A stretch of DNA of 32,000 nt from Fastidiosibacter lacustris (GTDB taxonomy: Bacteria; Pseudomonadota; Gammaproteobacteria; Francisellales; Francisellaceae): contig NZ_QLIR01000004.1 in assembly GCF_003428155.1 (NCBI RefSeq), positions 1 through 32,000 of the forward strand, given 5' to 3'. This document shows, piece after piece, positions 20,729 through 30,777 of the stretch. A program made the translations under genes and the position numbers. Position 1 is the stretch's first letter; the number at the start of each line of letters is the position of its first letter. Under the pieces are notes generated by a model. The model saw nothing but the letters and a program-made list of their open reading frames with translations. It was not told the origin of the DNA and ran no database searches.

Positions 20729-21565
20729 ATGATTTCGTTGAAGCCATACAATACTTATCATATTGATTCTCGTGCTAAATATGTCTATTTCCCAAATACT
20801 ATTGATGAGATTATTCAAATTTATCAACAACACTTAAAGGTAATTGTTCTTGGCAATGGTAGCAACGTTATTCTTAGCCAATCCAATTACTTTGATATTG
20901 CTTTTATTATCTTGCAAAACAATTTCAATGGCATTAAAACAACAAGTGATGGGATTTATGCCAAAGCAGGCAATTTACTCAAAGAGTTATCAATATATGC
21001 TTACGAACATAACTTAGGCGGGATGGAAACTTTCTTTGACATACCTGCAAGTGTGGGTGGGGCTATGATTATGAATACTGGCGCCTATGGTGATGAAATA
21101 TATGATCATCTGGTTTACGTTGACGTTTTGGATATTAGCACAACACAAATAAAACGCTATTACAAGCCTGATATTCATTATGGCTATCGTTTTTCTATGT
21201 TTAGATCTTTAAATGTCGTGATTTTGGGTGCATGTTTTAAACTACTTACCAAAGATTCTTCTGCAATCAAAGCTAAAATGGATGATATTCTTAAGCAGCG
21301 TCAAGCGAAACTGCCAATAGAACCTAGTGCTGGTAGTGTTTTTAAGCGCCCACCATATCACATTACGGTTGGTGAAATGGTCGAAAAAATTGGCTTAAAA
21401 GGCTACCAAATCGGTGGTGCACAGATTTCCAATAAGCACGGCGGTGTGATTATTAATGTAGGAGAAGCGACTGGTATGGACATCCTCAAACTTATTAATG
21501 CAATTAAATATGCCGTTTCTACACACTACAATATTAAATTAGAACTAGAGCAAGTTGTGATTTAG
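20729..21565 (+). CDS. murB: UDP-N-acetylenolpyruvoylglucosamine reductase
   Basis: VLGNGSNVILS, FDIPASVGGAMIMNTGAYG, YRFSMFR, PSAGSVFKRP, KGYQIGGAQISNKHGGVIINVGEAT. Confidence 0.9.
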   Translation: MISLKPYNTYHIDSRAKYVYFPNTIDEIIQIYQQHLKVIVLGNGSNVILSQSNYFDIAFIILQNNFNGIKTTSDGIYAKAGNLLKELSIYAYEHNLGGMETFFDIPASVGGAMIMNTGAYGDEIYDHLVYVDVLDISTTQIKRYYKPDIHYGYRFSMFRSLNVVILGACFKLLTKDSSAIKAKMDDILKQRQAKLPIEPSAGSVFKRPPYHITVGEMVEKIGLKGYQIGGAQISNKHGGVIINVGEATGMDILKLINAIKYAVSTHYNIKLELEQVVI

Positions 21566-21810
21566 ACATAAAACCTCATTACAATAAATTATAACTAAAT
21601 TTTGCTCTCTTATATCGAACTGTCGCTATTCTACACAAAATGTCAACAGTTGGCATGTTAAATGACAGGTAACAACGGTAAAAACAATGCTTAAAAATAA
21701 GCAACATTTTGTCCTTTTTCAATTTCTCACCTTTAAATTTAGATAGAATACAATAATAATTCTGCATGAAAATTCAAAATAATTATTTGAAATAAATAAA
21801 GGTTAATCAT

Positions 21811-24525
21811 ATGAATGATATTAAAAAAATACAAGATGAAATCAATCAAGTAGTGCACTTTCACCATAAAAAGACATACAGCAAGGATGAGGTCATCACC
21901 GGTAGTGCCTTGGTGCAGTTTAATACTTTGTGTGATAATTTAATCAAAGCAGAAAATGACTTAGAGAAAATTAAAGCGTTATACAAGGAATATTATAATA
22001 AAACAAAAGGTACCTCATCCTTTTTGACTGTGAATCCCGAATCAGAAATTAGTAAGGCTATTTTAAAAATTACGGTTGATATTGCCGACAAATTTAAGGT
22101 TTCGCCTTTATCGTTACTTTTGCCTAATACGCAAATACACTTTGTTTCTGACGATCTGTATAATATAGAGGATAAAAAGAATTGGGATGAATATGTTTCT
22201 TATAAAGGATATAAAAATTCTTTACAAACACTTATCGCATTTTATCAACAGCATTTTTATGGTGCGGACAATTTAGTAGACGTTGACAACATAATAAGTT
22301 TCCCTATTAAGAATTTGAAACAAGTATATGAGTATAAAGAAACCTATGATCCGAAAAGGATTACAGTTAATTCAGATTTTCTTGAGCGTATTTTGAACTC
22401 GAACTCTTTAATCAGAGAAGCGTATAATTTAGAAAACGAGATAAAAGAAGTAGAGGAAAGTGGGCATTCTTTAAAAGCAGAGCTTATTAAACTTGCAAAT
22501 GCTTTATTTGATAATGGTGTAAATGGTAGATATGGTTCAGAAGGGTATGCAGGAGTTGGTGCATCGATTGCAATTGGCGAATTTAGAGGAAAGTGGGAGA
22601 GTTATTATAAGGACGATTTTTTAAATTTAATAAGCATTGGAACTGGTGAAAATAGGCAGGCGATGGAAAAACTTGTAACGCAAATACGCCAACTTGATGA
22701 TGGTAGTTGTGTTGATTTAAAATCAAAAGCGCTCAAGGCAGTTATTAAAGAATTAGAATCTATTTTAGATAAAGAGTTTATAGAAACAAAAGATTCTAAA
22801 AGGAATGAGGAGACGTTAAAAAAAATTAATAATCGATATAAAGAAATAACAGCGGAAATAGGAAAACTACAAAATGAAGGAAAAATAAAAACAATAGACG
22901 CCCTTCCCTTGGATCTTACATGCTTTTTCCAAAATGGAAAATTAATAATGAAGTCTGTTTATGACAATGCGGAAAGTATTAATATTTCTGACTTAGAAAC
23001 TATATTGCAGCAAGTTTCTGATATATCTGTTGATGAAATGAATCAAGAAGATATATTTGGCAATATATTGTTGTACCCAAAACATTTTTTAGCTATTTGG
23101 AATAGGTTGAGTGATGAGTCGAAACAGGCAATCCAGAAGCATATAAAAGAAGATGAAAATATATATAAAGCGATTGCTAATCAAATAAACGATCCACATA
23201 CCACTGATGACCTAAAAGAAAGATTATTAAATATAACTATAAACGTTCTTACTAAAGATGGAGATAGTTTTTACAAGATTTATAGCAATTTAGATGGTAG
23301 TAATAAAAACAATTATTTCGAAGCTGTCAAGACCAAACTACCTTCCATAACTAATACTGGAGATGACTTTAAAAATATTTATAAACTTTTAGATACTTTC
23401 TTTTGGAAATCAGAACGAAACAGCTATTTTGAGGCTGTTAAGACCAAACTACCTTCCATAACTAATACTGGAGATGACTTTAAAAATATTTATGATCTTT
23501 TAGATACTTTCTTTTGGAAATCAGAGCGAAACAGCTATTTTGAGGCTGCTAAGACCAAACTACCCTCCATAACTAATACTGGGGATGACTTTAAAAAAAT
23601 TTATGATCTTTTAGATACTTTCTTCTCGAAATCAGAGCTGATTAGTTATTTTCAAACTACTAAATGTAGGTTACTTTCTATAACCAATACTGGAGACGAC
23701 TTTAAAAAAATTTATAATACCTTATCTGAGGGTATAGATTTATCTAATATCTTTAATGGTCAGCTGCCTACCAGTGATAGAAATCGTTATTTTAATGCTG
23801 TTAACAATAACTTAGCATCTATAACTAATACAAGAAATGACTTTGAGGATATTTATAAACTTTTAGATAGCTTTCTTTTCCATAGCTATAGAAACAACTA
23901 TGTCGATGCCATTAAAGATAAACTGCCATCGCTAACTAAGACAAGGTTTGACTTTTGCCGCTTTTATGAAACATTGGATATTAGGTATAGGAACAACTAT
24001 GTCAACGCTATTAAAGATAAATTGCCATCGCTAACTAAGACCAGGATCGACTGTTATAACATTTATAGTACTTTAGAGGCTGAGTATAGGAAAGAGTATC
24101 TTCGCACCTTAACCTTAACTACACTGAAAGATAGTAATTGGTTTGAAAGTGTTCTACAGGATATAGAGTTGCTAGATAAGAAAACAGCTTTATTGGAGTC
24201 TTTGTGTAATAAGTCGTCTCAAAATGTGAAGAAAGTATTTGGCTATGGTGGTACAAATATTCAGTTTAATGGTCAGGTTTATAAAGTTACAGATGAAGTT
24301 GCAGAAACATTAAATCAAGATTTTTTAAACCTTGTTAAAAACAAAGACGTCAGTTATGAGGCATTTCAGGGTTGTCTAAGGGTTCGTTTAAAGGAGTGCG
24401 CAAGCAATCAATGTACACTTAAGTCATACGTTTTGAGATCCTCGGCAGATGAAATGCTGTATCAGGCTCTTGAAAGAGACGAAAATCAACATAATCCAAT
24501 GAATAGCTATCTTCGTGTAAGCTAA
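21811..24525 (+). CDS. Large tandem-repeat protein of unknown function
   Basis: 904-aa ORF with an internal repeat of about 37 aa: YFEAVKTKLPSITNTGDDFKNIYKLLDTFFWKSERNS. Confidence 0.85.
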   Translation: MNDIKKIQDEINQVVHFHHKKTYSKDEVITGSALVQFNTLCDNLIKAENDLEKIKALYKEYYNKTKGTSSFLTVNPESEISKAILKITVDIADKFKVSPLSLLLPNTQIHFVSDDLYNIEDKKNWDEYVSYKGYKNSLQTLIAFYQQHFYGADNLVDVDNIISFPIKNLKQVYEYKETYDPKRITVNSDFLERILNSNSLIREAYNLENEIKEVEESGHSLKAELIKLANALFDNGVNGRYGSEGYAGVGASIAIGEFRGKWESYYKDDFLNLISIGTGENRQAMEKLVTQIRQLDDGSCVDLKSKALKAVIKELESILDKEFIETKDSKRNEETLKKINNRYKEITAEIGKLQNEGKIKTIDALPLDLTCFFQNGKLIMKSVYDNAESINISDLETILQQVSDISVDEMNQEDIFGNILLYPKHFLAIWNRLSDESKQAIQKHIKEDENIYKAIANQINDPHTTDDLKERLLNITINVLTKDGDSFYKIYSNLDGSNKNNYFEAVKTKLPSITNTGDDFKNIYKLLDTFFWKSERNSYFEAVKTKLPSITNTGDDFKNIYDLLDTFFWKSERNSYFEAAKTKLPSITNTGDDFKKIYDLLDTFFSKSELISYFQTTKCRLLSITNTGDDFKKIYNTLSEGIDLSNIFNGQLPTSDRNRYFNAVNNNLASITNTRNDFEDIYKLLDSFLFHSYRNNYVDAIKDKLPSLTKTRFDFCRFYETLDIRYRNNYVNAIKDKLPSLTKTRIDCYNIYSTLEAEYRKEYLRTLTLTTLKDSNWFESVLQDIELLDKKTALLESLCNKSSQNVKKVFGYGGTNIQFNGQVYKVTDEVAETLNQDFLNLVKNKDVSYEAFQGCLRVRLKECASNQCTLKSYVLRSSADEMLYQALERDENQHNPMNSYLRVS
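23230..24130 (+). repeat. 111-nt (37-aa) tandem repeat array inside the 904-aa ORF, about 7-8 units, central units near-identical
   Basis: The P/L-S-I/L codon triplet recurs at 23341, 23452, 23563, 23674, 23815, 23926 and 24025: steps of 111, 111, 111, 141, 111 and 99 nt. Confidence 0.92.
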
Positions 24526-24541
24526 GAGAATTAGTTTGCGT

Positions 24542-24567
24542 TTGGGTTCCGTGAACCAATTTTTTTA
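24542..24567 (+). terminator. Rho-independent terminator after the repeat protein
   Basis: TTGGGTTC-CGT-GAACCAA hairpin (one bulge) followed by a T7 tract. Confidence 0.75.
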
Positions 24568-24789
24568 CCGTAACTATATCAAACTTCCAGCAATTTCGTA
24601 CCCTGCTCCAGGAAAATAAAGCTTAAGGTGATCTAGAAAACATTATCGTAGTGTGGTAGACATTATTACTCAAACCTATCAGGAATTTATAATCAAGGAA
24701 AAAATTATGAAACTGTATTTAGTTCAGTTAGGTTTTTATGATGACAGATATAGTGTATAAAATTCATATTAATAAATTTGACAATAATA

Positions 24790-25356
24790 TTAGTCAATAT
24801 TATTGTTGCCCTCCAATAGAGTTAAATCAGAAGGTTCAAAAAAATGCCTATTAGGCATAGTTTTTTTTATCTTCCAACATTTAATGGCGGTTGCTTTACT
24901 CCTATCAGGATATGCATTAAAAAAATCACGAATATAAGTCATGTATTTAAACTGAGGAGAAATGTTTTCATTTTTCATATTTACCAATTGATGATACATA
25001 GCAATCGCTTCTTTATAGGTTTTAATCCCCTTATTTTCTTTCATCCAAGCATTAAAACGAATATTGTATTTAAAAGCTGGAATATATTTTGCAAAAAAAC
25101 CTCTTTCCCGGAAACCTATTTTAAAATTAGGAGAAATGATTGCTTCTAATTTTAAAGGAAAATCACCGGCTATTTTATTTGTCTTTCGTCTTATATCTAG
25201 TACCTTCCCTGTTTGTGCAAAATGTTTTAAAACATATTCTAATTCAAGTTTGGAAAGATTCGTATAAGGAATATTTGCCTGCTTACAAAATTCAATCAAT
25301 TCCACTTTATGATAATAAATTCCTTCTTGAAACATTTTATTCCTTCCAATTACCAC
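24790..25356 (-). CDS. SAP-like domain small protein (DUF6434-like), tentative
   Basis: KVELIEFCKQANIPYTNLSKLELEYVLKHFAQTGKV resembles a SAP-type helix-extended helix; basic C-terminal half FNAWMKENKGIKTYKEAIAMYHQL. Confidence 0.55.
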   Translation of the reverse strand: MVIGRNKMFQEGIYYHKVELIEFCKQANIPYTNLSKLELEYVLKHFAQTGKVLDIRRKTNKIAGDFPLKLEAIISPNFKIGFRERGFFAKYIPAFKYNIRFNAWMKENKGIKTYKEAIAMYHQLVNMKNENISPQFKYMTYIRDFFNAYPDRSKATAIKCWKIKKTMPNRHFFEPSDLTLLEGNNNID

Positions 25357-25398
25357 ATTCTACTTGTATTTCCATTCTAATTTATACAATTTTAATTT

Positions 25399-25760
25399 TC
25401 AAGGAAAAAGCTCTGAAGGAAAAAGCTCTGTTTGATAGGCATTAGCAATCATGTCGAAGCCATAACGAAAATAGCTAAACTCTTTTTACACTATCTTGGC
25501 GTCTTTGTATTCACCAACTTTATGAACCGACACAACGCCGACAGTAAGCAGTGCCATTAACTTTGAAATCTTATTGAAGTCGTTCAAATGCGTATCTTCA
25601 AAATTAAAACCTCTGCCTTTAAGTGCCTGAAAAAGATTCTCGATTTTTCAGTGCATTTAGAGTTACTTTTATACGGTAGCATTTCCCAAAACAGTGGGAT
25701 AGCCAAGGCAAGAAAAACTATCTATTTCTCAAAAAGTGAACTAATGCATAATACTGTAAT
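25399..25760 (-). pseudogene. Internally deleted IS4-type transposase remnant
   Basis: Reverse translation gives IVFLALAIPLFWEMLPYKSNSKCTEKS, then in another frame KIENLFQALKGRGFNFEDTHLNDFNKISKLMALLTVGVVSVHKVGEYKDAKIV*KEFSYFRYGFDMIANAYQTELFPSELFP*. The segment between the two blocks is missing. Confidence 0.85.
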
Positions 25761-25819
25761 TGGTCTTTATCTCAACCGAATTGAATGGGGTCGGACATAT
25801 AAAATGATAAAGTAAAACA

Positions 25820-26434
25820 CTACCTAGATTTCTTTTTCAGATGATTGTTATGCACATACAGTATTATTGGATTTGAGAAGAAGGTTTCATTACTTTGCGT
25901 TTTGCCAAAAATAGTGATCTTGTTTTTGCCTGGGTATTCTGGTCGTGGTATGTTCCATGTGTTGTTTTGATAGATTGCATAAAATTGGTTGTCATTAATG
26001 GTGACATAAACTTGATCGTTTTTAGATAAAGTTGGAGTGGTAGTTAAAGGGATAATGGGATTAAAGTTATGAATGTGAGCATTATCTTCTGGGGATATGA
26101 CAGTAATGTTGATGGTTTTAAGGCTTTCATGATCTTCTTGTTTTGGTTTATCTATTAATATAGAGCTTGTCCTAAGCTCAATATCATTCATTTTATTTTT
26201 ATTGTCACCTTTGCTACTGTTTTTTGAGGGCTTTTGGGGAGAGATAATGTTTAAATCATCAGTAAAAACCGTATGGTGTGGTTGGTCTTCAGTAGGCGGG
26301 GAGTTTGAGAAAACAACATTGCCACCGCTGTCGTGCCATTGATAGATTTCACCATGACTTAAAATGCTGAAAAAAAGCAAAAATAGCATAAAAAAATACT
26401 GGTAAAATCTGTGTTTCTTCGTATATACTTGCAC
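25820..26434 (-). CDS. DUF4124 domain-containing exported protein
   Basis: N-terminal signal FFMLFLLFFSILSHG, then GEIYQWHDSGGNVVFSNSPP, the DUF4124 signature. Confidence 0.75.
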   Translation of the reverse strand: MQVYTKKHRFYQYFFMLFLLFFSILSHGEIYQWHDSGGNVVFSNSPPTEDQPHHTVFTDDLNIISPQKPSKNSSKGDNKNKMNDIELRTSSILIDKPKQEDHESLKTINITVISPEDNAHIHNFNPIIPLTTTPTLSKNDQVYVTINDNQFYAIYQNNTWNIPRPEYPGKNKITIFGKTQSNETFFSNPIILYVHNNHLKKKSR

Positions 26435-26504
26435 CCGTCTTAACTGCTTAAGTTATTCAAATCCGGTGCATACAATTATAGGAAAAAAAATCGATGAAAA
26501 AAAG

Positions 26505-26533
26505 TTGATTTTTAAAAACTAAACCCCTATGAT
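26505..26533 (+). promoter_or_regulatory. Sigma70-type promoter for the tRNA-tuf operon
   Basis: TTGATT (26505-26510), 17-nt spacer, TATGAT (26528-26533), 15 nt before tRNA-Tyr. Confidence 0.6.
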
Positions 26534-26548
26534 TGGTCCCAGCACGCT

Positions 26549-26633
26549 GGAGGGGTTCCCGAGCGGCCAAAGGGATCAGACTGTAAATCTGACGGCTCAG
26601 CCTTCGCAGGTTCGAATCCTGCCCCCTCCACCA
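26549..26633 (+). tRNA. tRNA-Tyr (anticodon GTA)
   Basis: GGAGGGG...CCCCTCC-A-CCA acceptor; anticodon loop ctGTAaa; variable arm. Confidence 0.95.
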
Positions 26634-26650
26634 CGAATTTCTTCCCATTT

Positions 26651-26724
26651 GCGGGTGTAGTTCAATGGTAGAACTTCGGCCTTCCAAGCCGATAGTGTGG
26701 GTTCGATTCCCATCACCCGCTCCA
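26651..26724 (+). tRNA. tRNA-Gly (anticodon TCC)
   Basis: GCGGGTG...acceptor pairs with CACCCGC-T-CCA; loop ctTCCaa. Confidence 0.95.
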
Positions 26725-26770
26725 AAGGGATTTGTAAGGTGTATAGTTAATTAAATTAAAAAATATTGAA

Positions 26771-26846
<76 letters not shown>

Positions 26847-26880
26847 TGTTGGGTTTGTTAATAAAACGTTGGAGTAAATA

Positions 26881-28065
26881 ATGGCTAAAGAAAAATTTGA
26901 ACGTAAAAAGCCGCACTTGAATGTTGGTACAATTGGTCATGTTGATCATGGTAAAACAACATTGACCGCTGCGATCACAAAAGTGCTTGCAGATGCTTAT
27001 GGTGGTCAAGCTAAAGCATTTGATGAAATCGATAATGCTCCAGAAGAAAAAGCACGTGGTATTACTATTTCAACTTCTCACGTTGAATACGAAACACCAA
27101 ACCGTCACTATGCACACGTAGACTGTCCAGGTCACGCAGACTATGTTAAAAACATGATCACTGGTGCCGCTCAGATGGACGGTGCAATTTTAGTATGTTC
27201 AGCTGCTGATGGTCCAATGCCACAAACACGTGAGCACATTTTGTTATCACGCCAAGTAGGTGTGCCATACATCGTTGTATTTTTGAATAAGTGCGATATG
27301 GTCGATGACGAAGAATTGCTTGAGCTAGTTGAGATGGAAGTGCGTGAGCTTTTAGATCAATATGAATTTCCAGGTGATGCGACGCCAATCATTAAAGGTT
27401 CTGCAACGGGTGCTTTGGCTGGTGAGAAGAAGTGGGTTGATGCTATTCTTGAGTTAGGCAAAACACTTGATGAATACATTCCTGAGCCTCAACGTGAAAC
27501 AGATAAGCCATTCTTGTTACCGATTGAAGATGTGTTCTCGATTTCTGGTCGTGGTACCGTGGTGACTGGTCGTGTTGAGCGCGGTATTGTTAAGGTTGGT
27601 GATGCGGTAGAAATCGTTGGTATTAAGTCAACTCAAACTACTACTGTAACTGGTGTTGAAATGTTCCGTAAGCTTCTTGATGAAGGTAAAGCGGGTGAAA
27701 ACGTTGGTATCTTGATTCGTGGGATCAAGCGTGAAGAAGTTGAGCGTGGTCAAGTTTTATGTAAACCAGGTTCAATTACACCGCATACTAAATTTGAAGC
27801 TGAAGTGTATGTTCTATCTAAGGAAGAAGGTGGGCGTCATACGCCATTCTTCAAGGGTTATAGACCACAGTTCTATTTCCGTACAACTGATGTAACGGGT
27901 TCTTGTGAATTGCCAGAAGGAGTTGAGATGGTCATGCCTGGTGATAACATCAAGATGACTGTTACGTTGATCAATTCTATCGCGATGGAAGAAGGCTTGC
28001 GCTTTGCTATCCGTGAAGGTGGTCGTACAGTAGGTGCGGGTGTTGTGGCTAAAATTCTTGCCTAA
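26881..28065 (+). CDS. tuf: Elongation factor Tu
   Basis: [36 protein letters not shown]...[23 protein letters not shown]. Confidence 0.99.
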   Translation: MAKEKFERKKPHLNVGTIGHVDHGKTTLTAAITKVLADAYGGQAKAFDEIDNAPEEKARGITISTSHVEYETPNRHYAHVDCPGHADYVKNMITGAAQMDGAILVCSAADGPMPQTREHILLSRQVGVPYIVVFLNKCDMVDDEELLELVEMEVRELLDQYEFPGDATPIIKGSATGALAGEKKWVDAILELGKTLDEYIPEPQRETDKPFLLPIEDVFSISGRGTVVTGRVERGIVKVGDAVEIVGIKSTQTTTVTGVEMFRKLLDEGKAGENVGILIRGIKREEVERGQVLCKPGSITPHTKFEAEVYVLSKEEGGRHTPFFKGYRPQFYFRTTDVTGSCELPEGVEMVMPGDNIKMTVTLINSIAMEEGLRFAIREGGRTVGAGVVAKILA

Positions 28066-28088
28066 TATCAACACTTCAAAGGTCTTGT

Positions 28089-28164
28089 AGGTCAGTAGTT
28101 CAATTGGTAGAGCAGCGGTCTCCAAAACCGCAAGTTGGGGGTTCGAGTCCCTCCTGGCCTGCCA
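28089..28164 (+). tRNA. tRNA-Trp (anticodon CCA)
   Basis: AGGTCAG...CTGGCCT-G-CCA; loop ctCCAaa; located between tuf and secE. Confidence 0.95.
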
Positions 28165-28245
28165 AATAAATTGACTTGAACGGCGTGTTAATCTGTGTTA
28201 AGATTGCACGCCGTTTTTGTTTGTAGTAAAAGATGAGACGATTAA

Positions 28246-28662
28246 ATGAAGGATCCCGTAACGAAAAAAGTGTGGACAACCACGACAAAAAAAGCTGGTT
28301 TGCGTGAGATTAGCAGTACTGCAAATAAGTTATTGTGGTTGATAATGATTGTTATTGCCGCAATCATCGTTTTTTCGAGTATGTATTTCTCGCTATTCAA
28401 GGATTCATCAGCGTTGATGGCAGTGCTTATTATCGTTGGTATAGTCGTGCTGTTGGTGATTGCTAAGCAGACAAATCAAGGTGCAAAGGGTTGGCAATTT
28501 TTGCTTGAAGCACGCTTAGAGATGCGAAAAGTTGTGTGGCCAACGCGTCAAGAGACAATTAACTCGACGTTGGTGGTGCTGGTTATTGTTGCCATTGCTT
28601 CCATTATTATTTATTTTGTTGGGTTGCTGTTTATGCGCCTGATCCAAACAGTTTTAAGTTAA
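28246..28662 (+). CDS. secE: Preprotein translocase subunit SecE
   Basis: C-terminal LLEARLEMRKVVWPTRQETINSTLVVLVIVAIASIIIYFVG; position between tuf and nusG. Confidence 0.95.
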   Translation: MKDPVTKKVWTTTTKKAGLREISSTANKLLWLIMIVIAAIIVFSSMYFSLFKDSSALMAVLIIVGIVVLLVIAKQTNQGAKGWQFLLEARLEMRKVVWPTRQETINSTLVVLVIVAIASIIIYFVGLLFMRLIQTVLS

Positions 28663-28671
28663 GAGGTTATT

Positions 28672-29307
28672 ATGTCTGCTGATGATAAAGATTTTCACAG
28701 TGAAAATGCCGAGATGAATAAATCGCAAGCGATTAACGAAACTTCAGCAAAAAATGCTATTGACTCAAAAAAAAGATGGTATGTGATTCAGGCGTATTCA
28801 GGATATGAAAAGCGTGTTAAAGCTCAGATTGAAGAACGTATTAAATTGGAAGGTTTAGATCATTTTTTTGGCAAGATATTAGTGCCAACTGAAGAAGTGG
28901 TTGAGATGAAAGCTGGCCAAAAGCGCAAAAGTGAGCGTAAGTTTTTCCCAGGTTATGTCTTGATTCAGATGGAAATGAGTGAACAAGCATGGCAGTTGGT
29001 GCGTAGAACTCCAAGAGTCAGTGGCTTTATAGGAGGTACAAGTGAGCGTCCAATGCCAATTAGTGATAAAGAAGCAGAAAGAATCTTGGGTTCACTTAAG
29101 GTAGGTGCAGATAAGACAGCGCCAAAACCAAGGACAACTTTTCAAGTTGGTCAGGTTGTGCGTGTGCTTGAAGGCCCATTTGCTGATTTTACAGGTGTTG
29201 TCGAGGAAATTAATTACGAGAAATCGCGTGTACACGTTGCAGTTTCTATTTTTGGGCGTCCAACGCCTGTTGAGCTTGAGTTTTCTCAAGTAGAGAAAGA
29301 TGCTTAA
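28672..29307 (+). CDS. nusG: Transcription termination/antitermination protein NusG
   Basis: [43 protein letters not shown]...[42 protein letters not shown]. Confidence 0.98.
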   Translation: MSADDKDFHSENAEMNKSQAINETSAKNAIDSKKRWYVIQAYSGYEKRVKAQIEERIKLEGLDHFFGKILVPTEEVVEMKAGQKRKSERKFFPGYVLIQMEMSEQAWQLVRRTPRVSGFIGGTSERPMPISDKEAERILGSLKVGADKTAPKPRTTFQVGQVVRVLEGPFADFTGVVEEINYEKSRVHVAVSIFGRPTPVELEFSQVEKDA

Positions 29308-29404
29308 ACGGTTTGCTGTTTAAGTTTTAGGTGTCTAGCAGTTAGTTAGATGTGAGTAACGGGGAGCTATTAAAAATAGCGTTATACCCAAAAAGGAGTA
29401 AATA

Positions 29405-29848
29405 ATGGCTAAGAAAGTGCAGGCTTATATTAAGCTTCAAGTTAAAGCTGGACAGGCAAACCCAAGTCCACCGATTGGACCGGCGTTAGGTCAGCATGGT
29501 GTTAACATTATGGAGTTTTGTAAGGCGTTTAATGCGCAAACACAGAAGATGGAGCAAGGTGCGCCAGTGCCTGTTGTTATTACTGTATATAGCGATAGAA
29601 GTTTTACATTCACTATGAAAACACCCCCTGCTTCATTCTTGCTGAAGAAAGCAGCAAAAATTAAATCTGGCAGCTCTAAGCCCTCTAAAGAAGTTGTTGG
29701 TACAGTGACTCGTGAACAATTAGAAGAAATTGCTAAAACAAAAGAACCCGACTTAACGGCAGCAAATATGGATGCTGCTGTTAGAACGATCGCAGGATCT
29801 GCGCGCAGTATGGGGCTTAAAGTTGAGGGGGTTGTGAGTAATGGCTAA
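29405..29848 (+). CDS. rplK: 50S ribosomal protein L11
   Basis: [44 protein letters not shown]. Confidence 0.99.
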   Translation: MAKKVQAYIKLQVKAGQANPSPPIGPALGQHGVNIMEFCKAFNAQTQKMEQGAPVPVVITVYSDRSFTFTMKTPPASFLLKKAAKIKSGSSKPSKEVVGTVTREQLEEIAKTKEPDLTAANMDAAVRTIAGSARSMGLKVEGVVSNG

Positions 29849-30536
29849 GTTATCAAAAAGAATGAAAGGTTTATCTGAAAAAGTAAATAGATTACAGGTT
29901 TATCCTGTAACTGAAGCCTTTAAGCTTTTGAAAGACCTTTCAAAAGTTAAATTTAGAGAGTCAATTGATGTTGCTGTTAATTTAGGTGTTGATCCACGTA
30001 AATCAGATCAAGTTGTGCGCGGTGCTTCTGTGTTACCAAACGGTACTGGTAAGGTTGTGCGTGTTGCGGTATTTACTCAAGGTGATAACGTAACAAAAGC
30101 AACTGAAGTAGGTGCTGATGTTGTTGGCATGGATGATTTGGCAGCTGAAGTTAAAAAAGGCAATATAGATTTTGACGTTGTAATCGCTACCCCTGATGCG
30201 ATGCGTGTTGTTGGTCAGTTGGGTCAAATCTTGGGACCTAAGGGTTTAATGCCTAACCCTAAGGTTGGCACTGTAACAACTGATGTAGCGCAAGCGGTTA
30301 AAGATGCAAAAGCAGGTCAGGTACGTTACCGCGTTGATAAAGCTGGTATTATTCACACCACCATTGGTAAGGCTGACTTTGCACCACAAGCGTTACAGCA
30401 AAACTTAGAAACGCTTTTAACTGACTTGAAAAAGCTAAAGCCAGCAAATGCAAAAGGCGTGTACATCAAAAAAGTGACAGTTTCTAGTACAATGGGTCCT
30501 GGTCTTATGCTTGACATGAGCACAATTGAGGTTTAA
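29841..30536 (+). CDS. rplA: 50S ribosomal protein L1
   Basis: [17 protein letters not shown]...[23 protein letters not shown]; start overlaps the rplK stop. Confidence 0.99.
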   Translation: MAKLSKRMKGLSEKVNRLQVYPVTEAFKLLKDLSKVKFRESIDVAVNLGVDPRKSDQVVRGASVLPNGTGKVVRVAVFTQGDNVTKATEVGADVVGMDDLAAEVKKGNIDFDVVIATPDAMRVVGQLGQILGPKGLMPNPKVGTVTTDVAQAVKDAKAGQVRYRVDKAGIIHTTIGKADFAPQALQQNLETLLTDLKKLKPANAKGVYIKKVTVSSTMGPGLMLDMSTIEV

Positions 30537-30599
30537 GATAAGCAGCCTTTTTCTCATCAGGCAGAATGTATGCGTGTGCAGAAGCTTTGCTTGAATATT

Positions 30600-30720
30600 A
30601 AGTTTCTTTGGGTCAACTGCTTAATATCTATTGAGTTAGTGATGTCAAAGACCGTAGGTGTAACTGAAAGGTTGCTTAATTTCCTACGCAGACGGTGAAT
30701 GTGACCTAAAAGAGAAATTT
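30600..30720 (+). promoter_or_regulatory. L10 leader (autoregulatory leader upstream of rplJL)
   Basis: GTCAAAGACCGTAGGTGTAACTGAAAGGTTGCTTAATTTCCTACGCAGACGGTGAATGTGACC: the CCGTAGGTG / CCTACGCAGACGGTGA pairing is typical of the L10 leader. Confidence 0.8.
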
Positions 30721-30777
30721 TTATTTGGTTTCAAACATCGTATTAAATAACGTAGACAAAAACAAGAGGATTAGCTA

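Noticed and set aside
21579-21767. 62-aa minus-strand ORF between murB and the repeat protein
   Set aside because: AT-rich intergenic DNA, with no domain or convincing RBS.
23230-24130. Possible CRISPR array from regular spacing
   Set aside because: The 111-nt period is continuous coding sequence with conserved protein repeats and no short repeat/unique spacer pattern.
25064-25815. ORFs 24844-25149, 25064-25267, 25140-25445 and 25588-25815 on the plus strand
   Set aside because: Antisense to the SAP-like gene or to the IS4 remnant, whose reverse-strand translation matches a known family.
26881-28065. ORFs antisense to or overlapping tuf (26782-27009, 27158-27388, 27814-28125)
   Set aside because: They lie opposite a highly conserved coding frame and have no recognisable domain; typical shadow ORFs.
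28100-28288. Minus-strand ORFs 28100-28288 and 26457-26687 containing phrases such as QEGLEPPTCGFGDRCSTN
   Set aside because: These are translations of antisense tRNA sequence, a common misannotation artefact.
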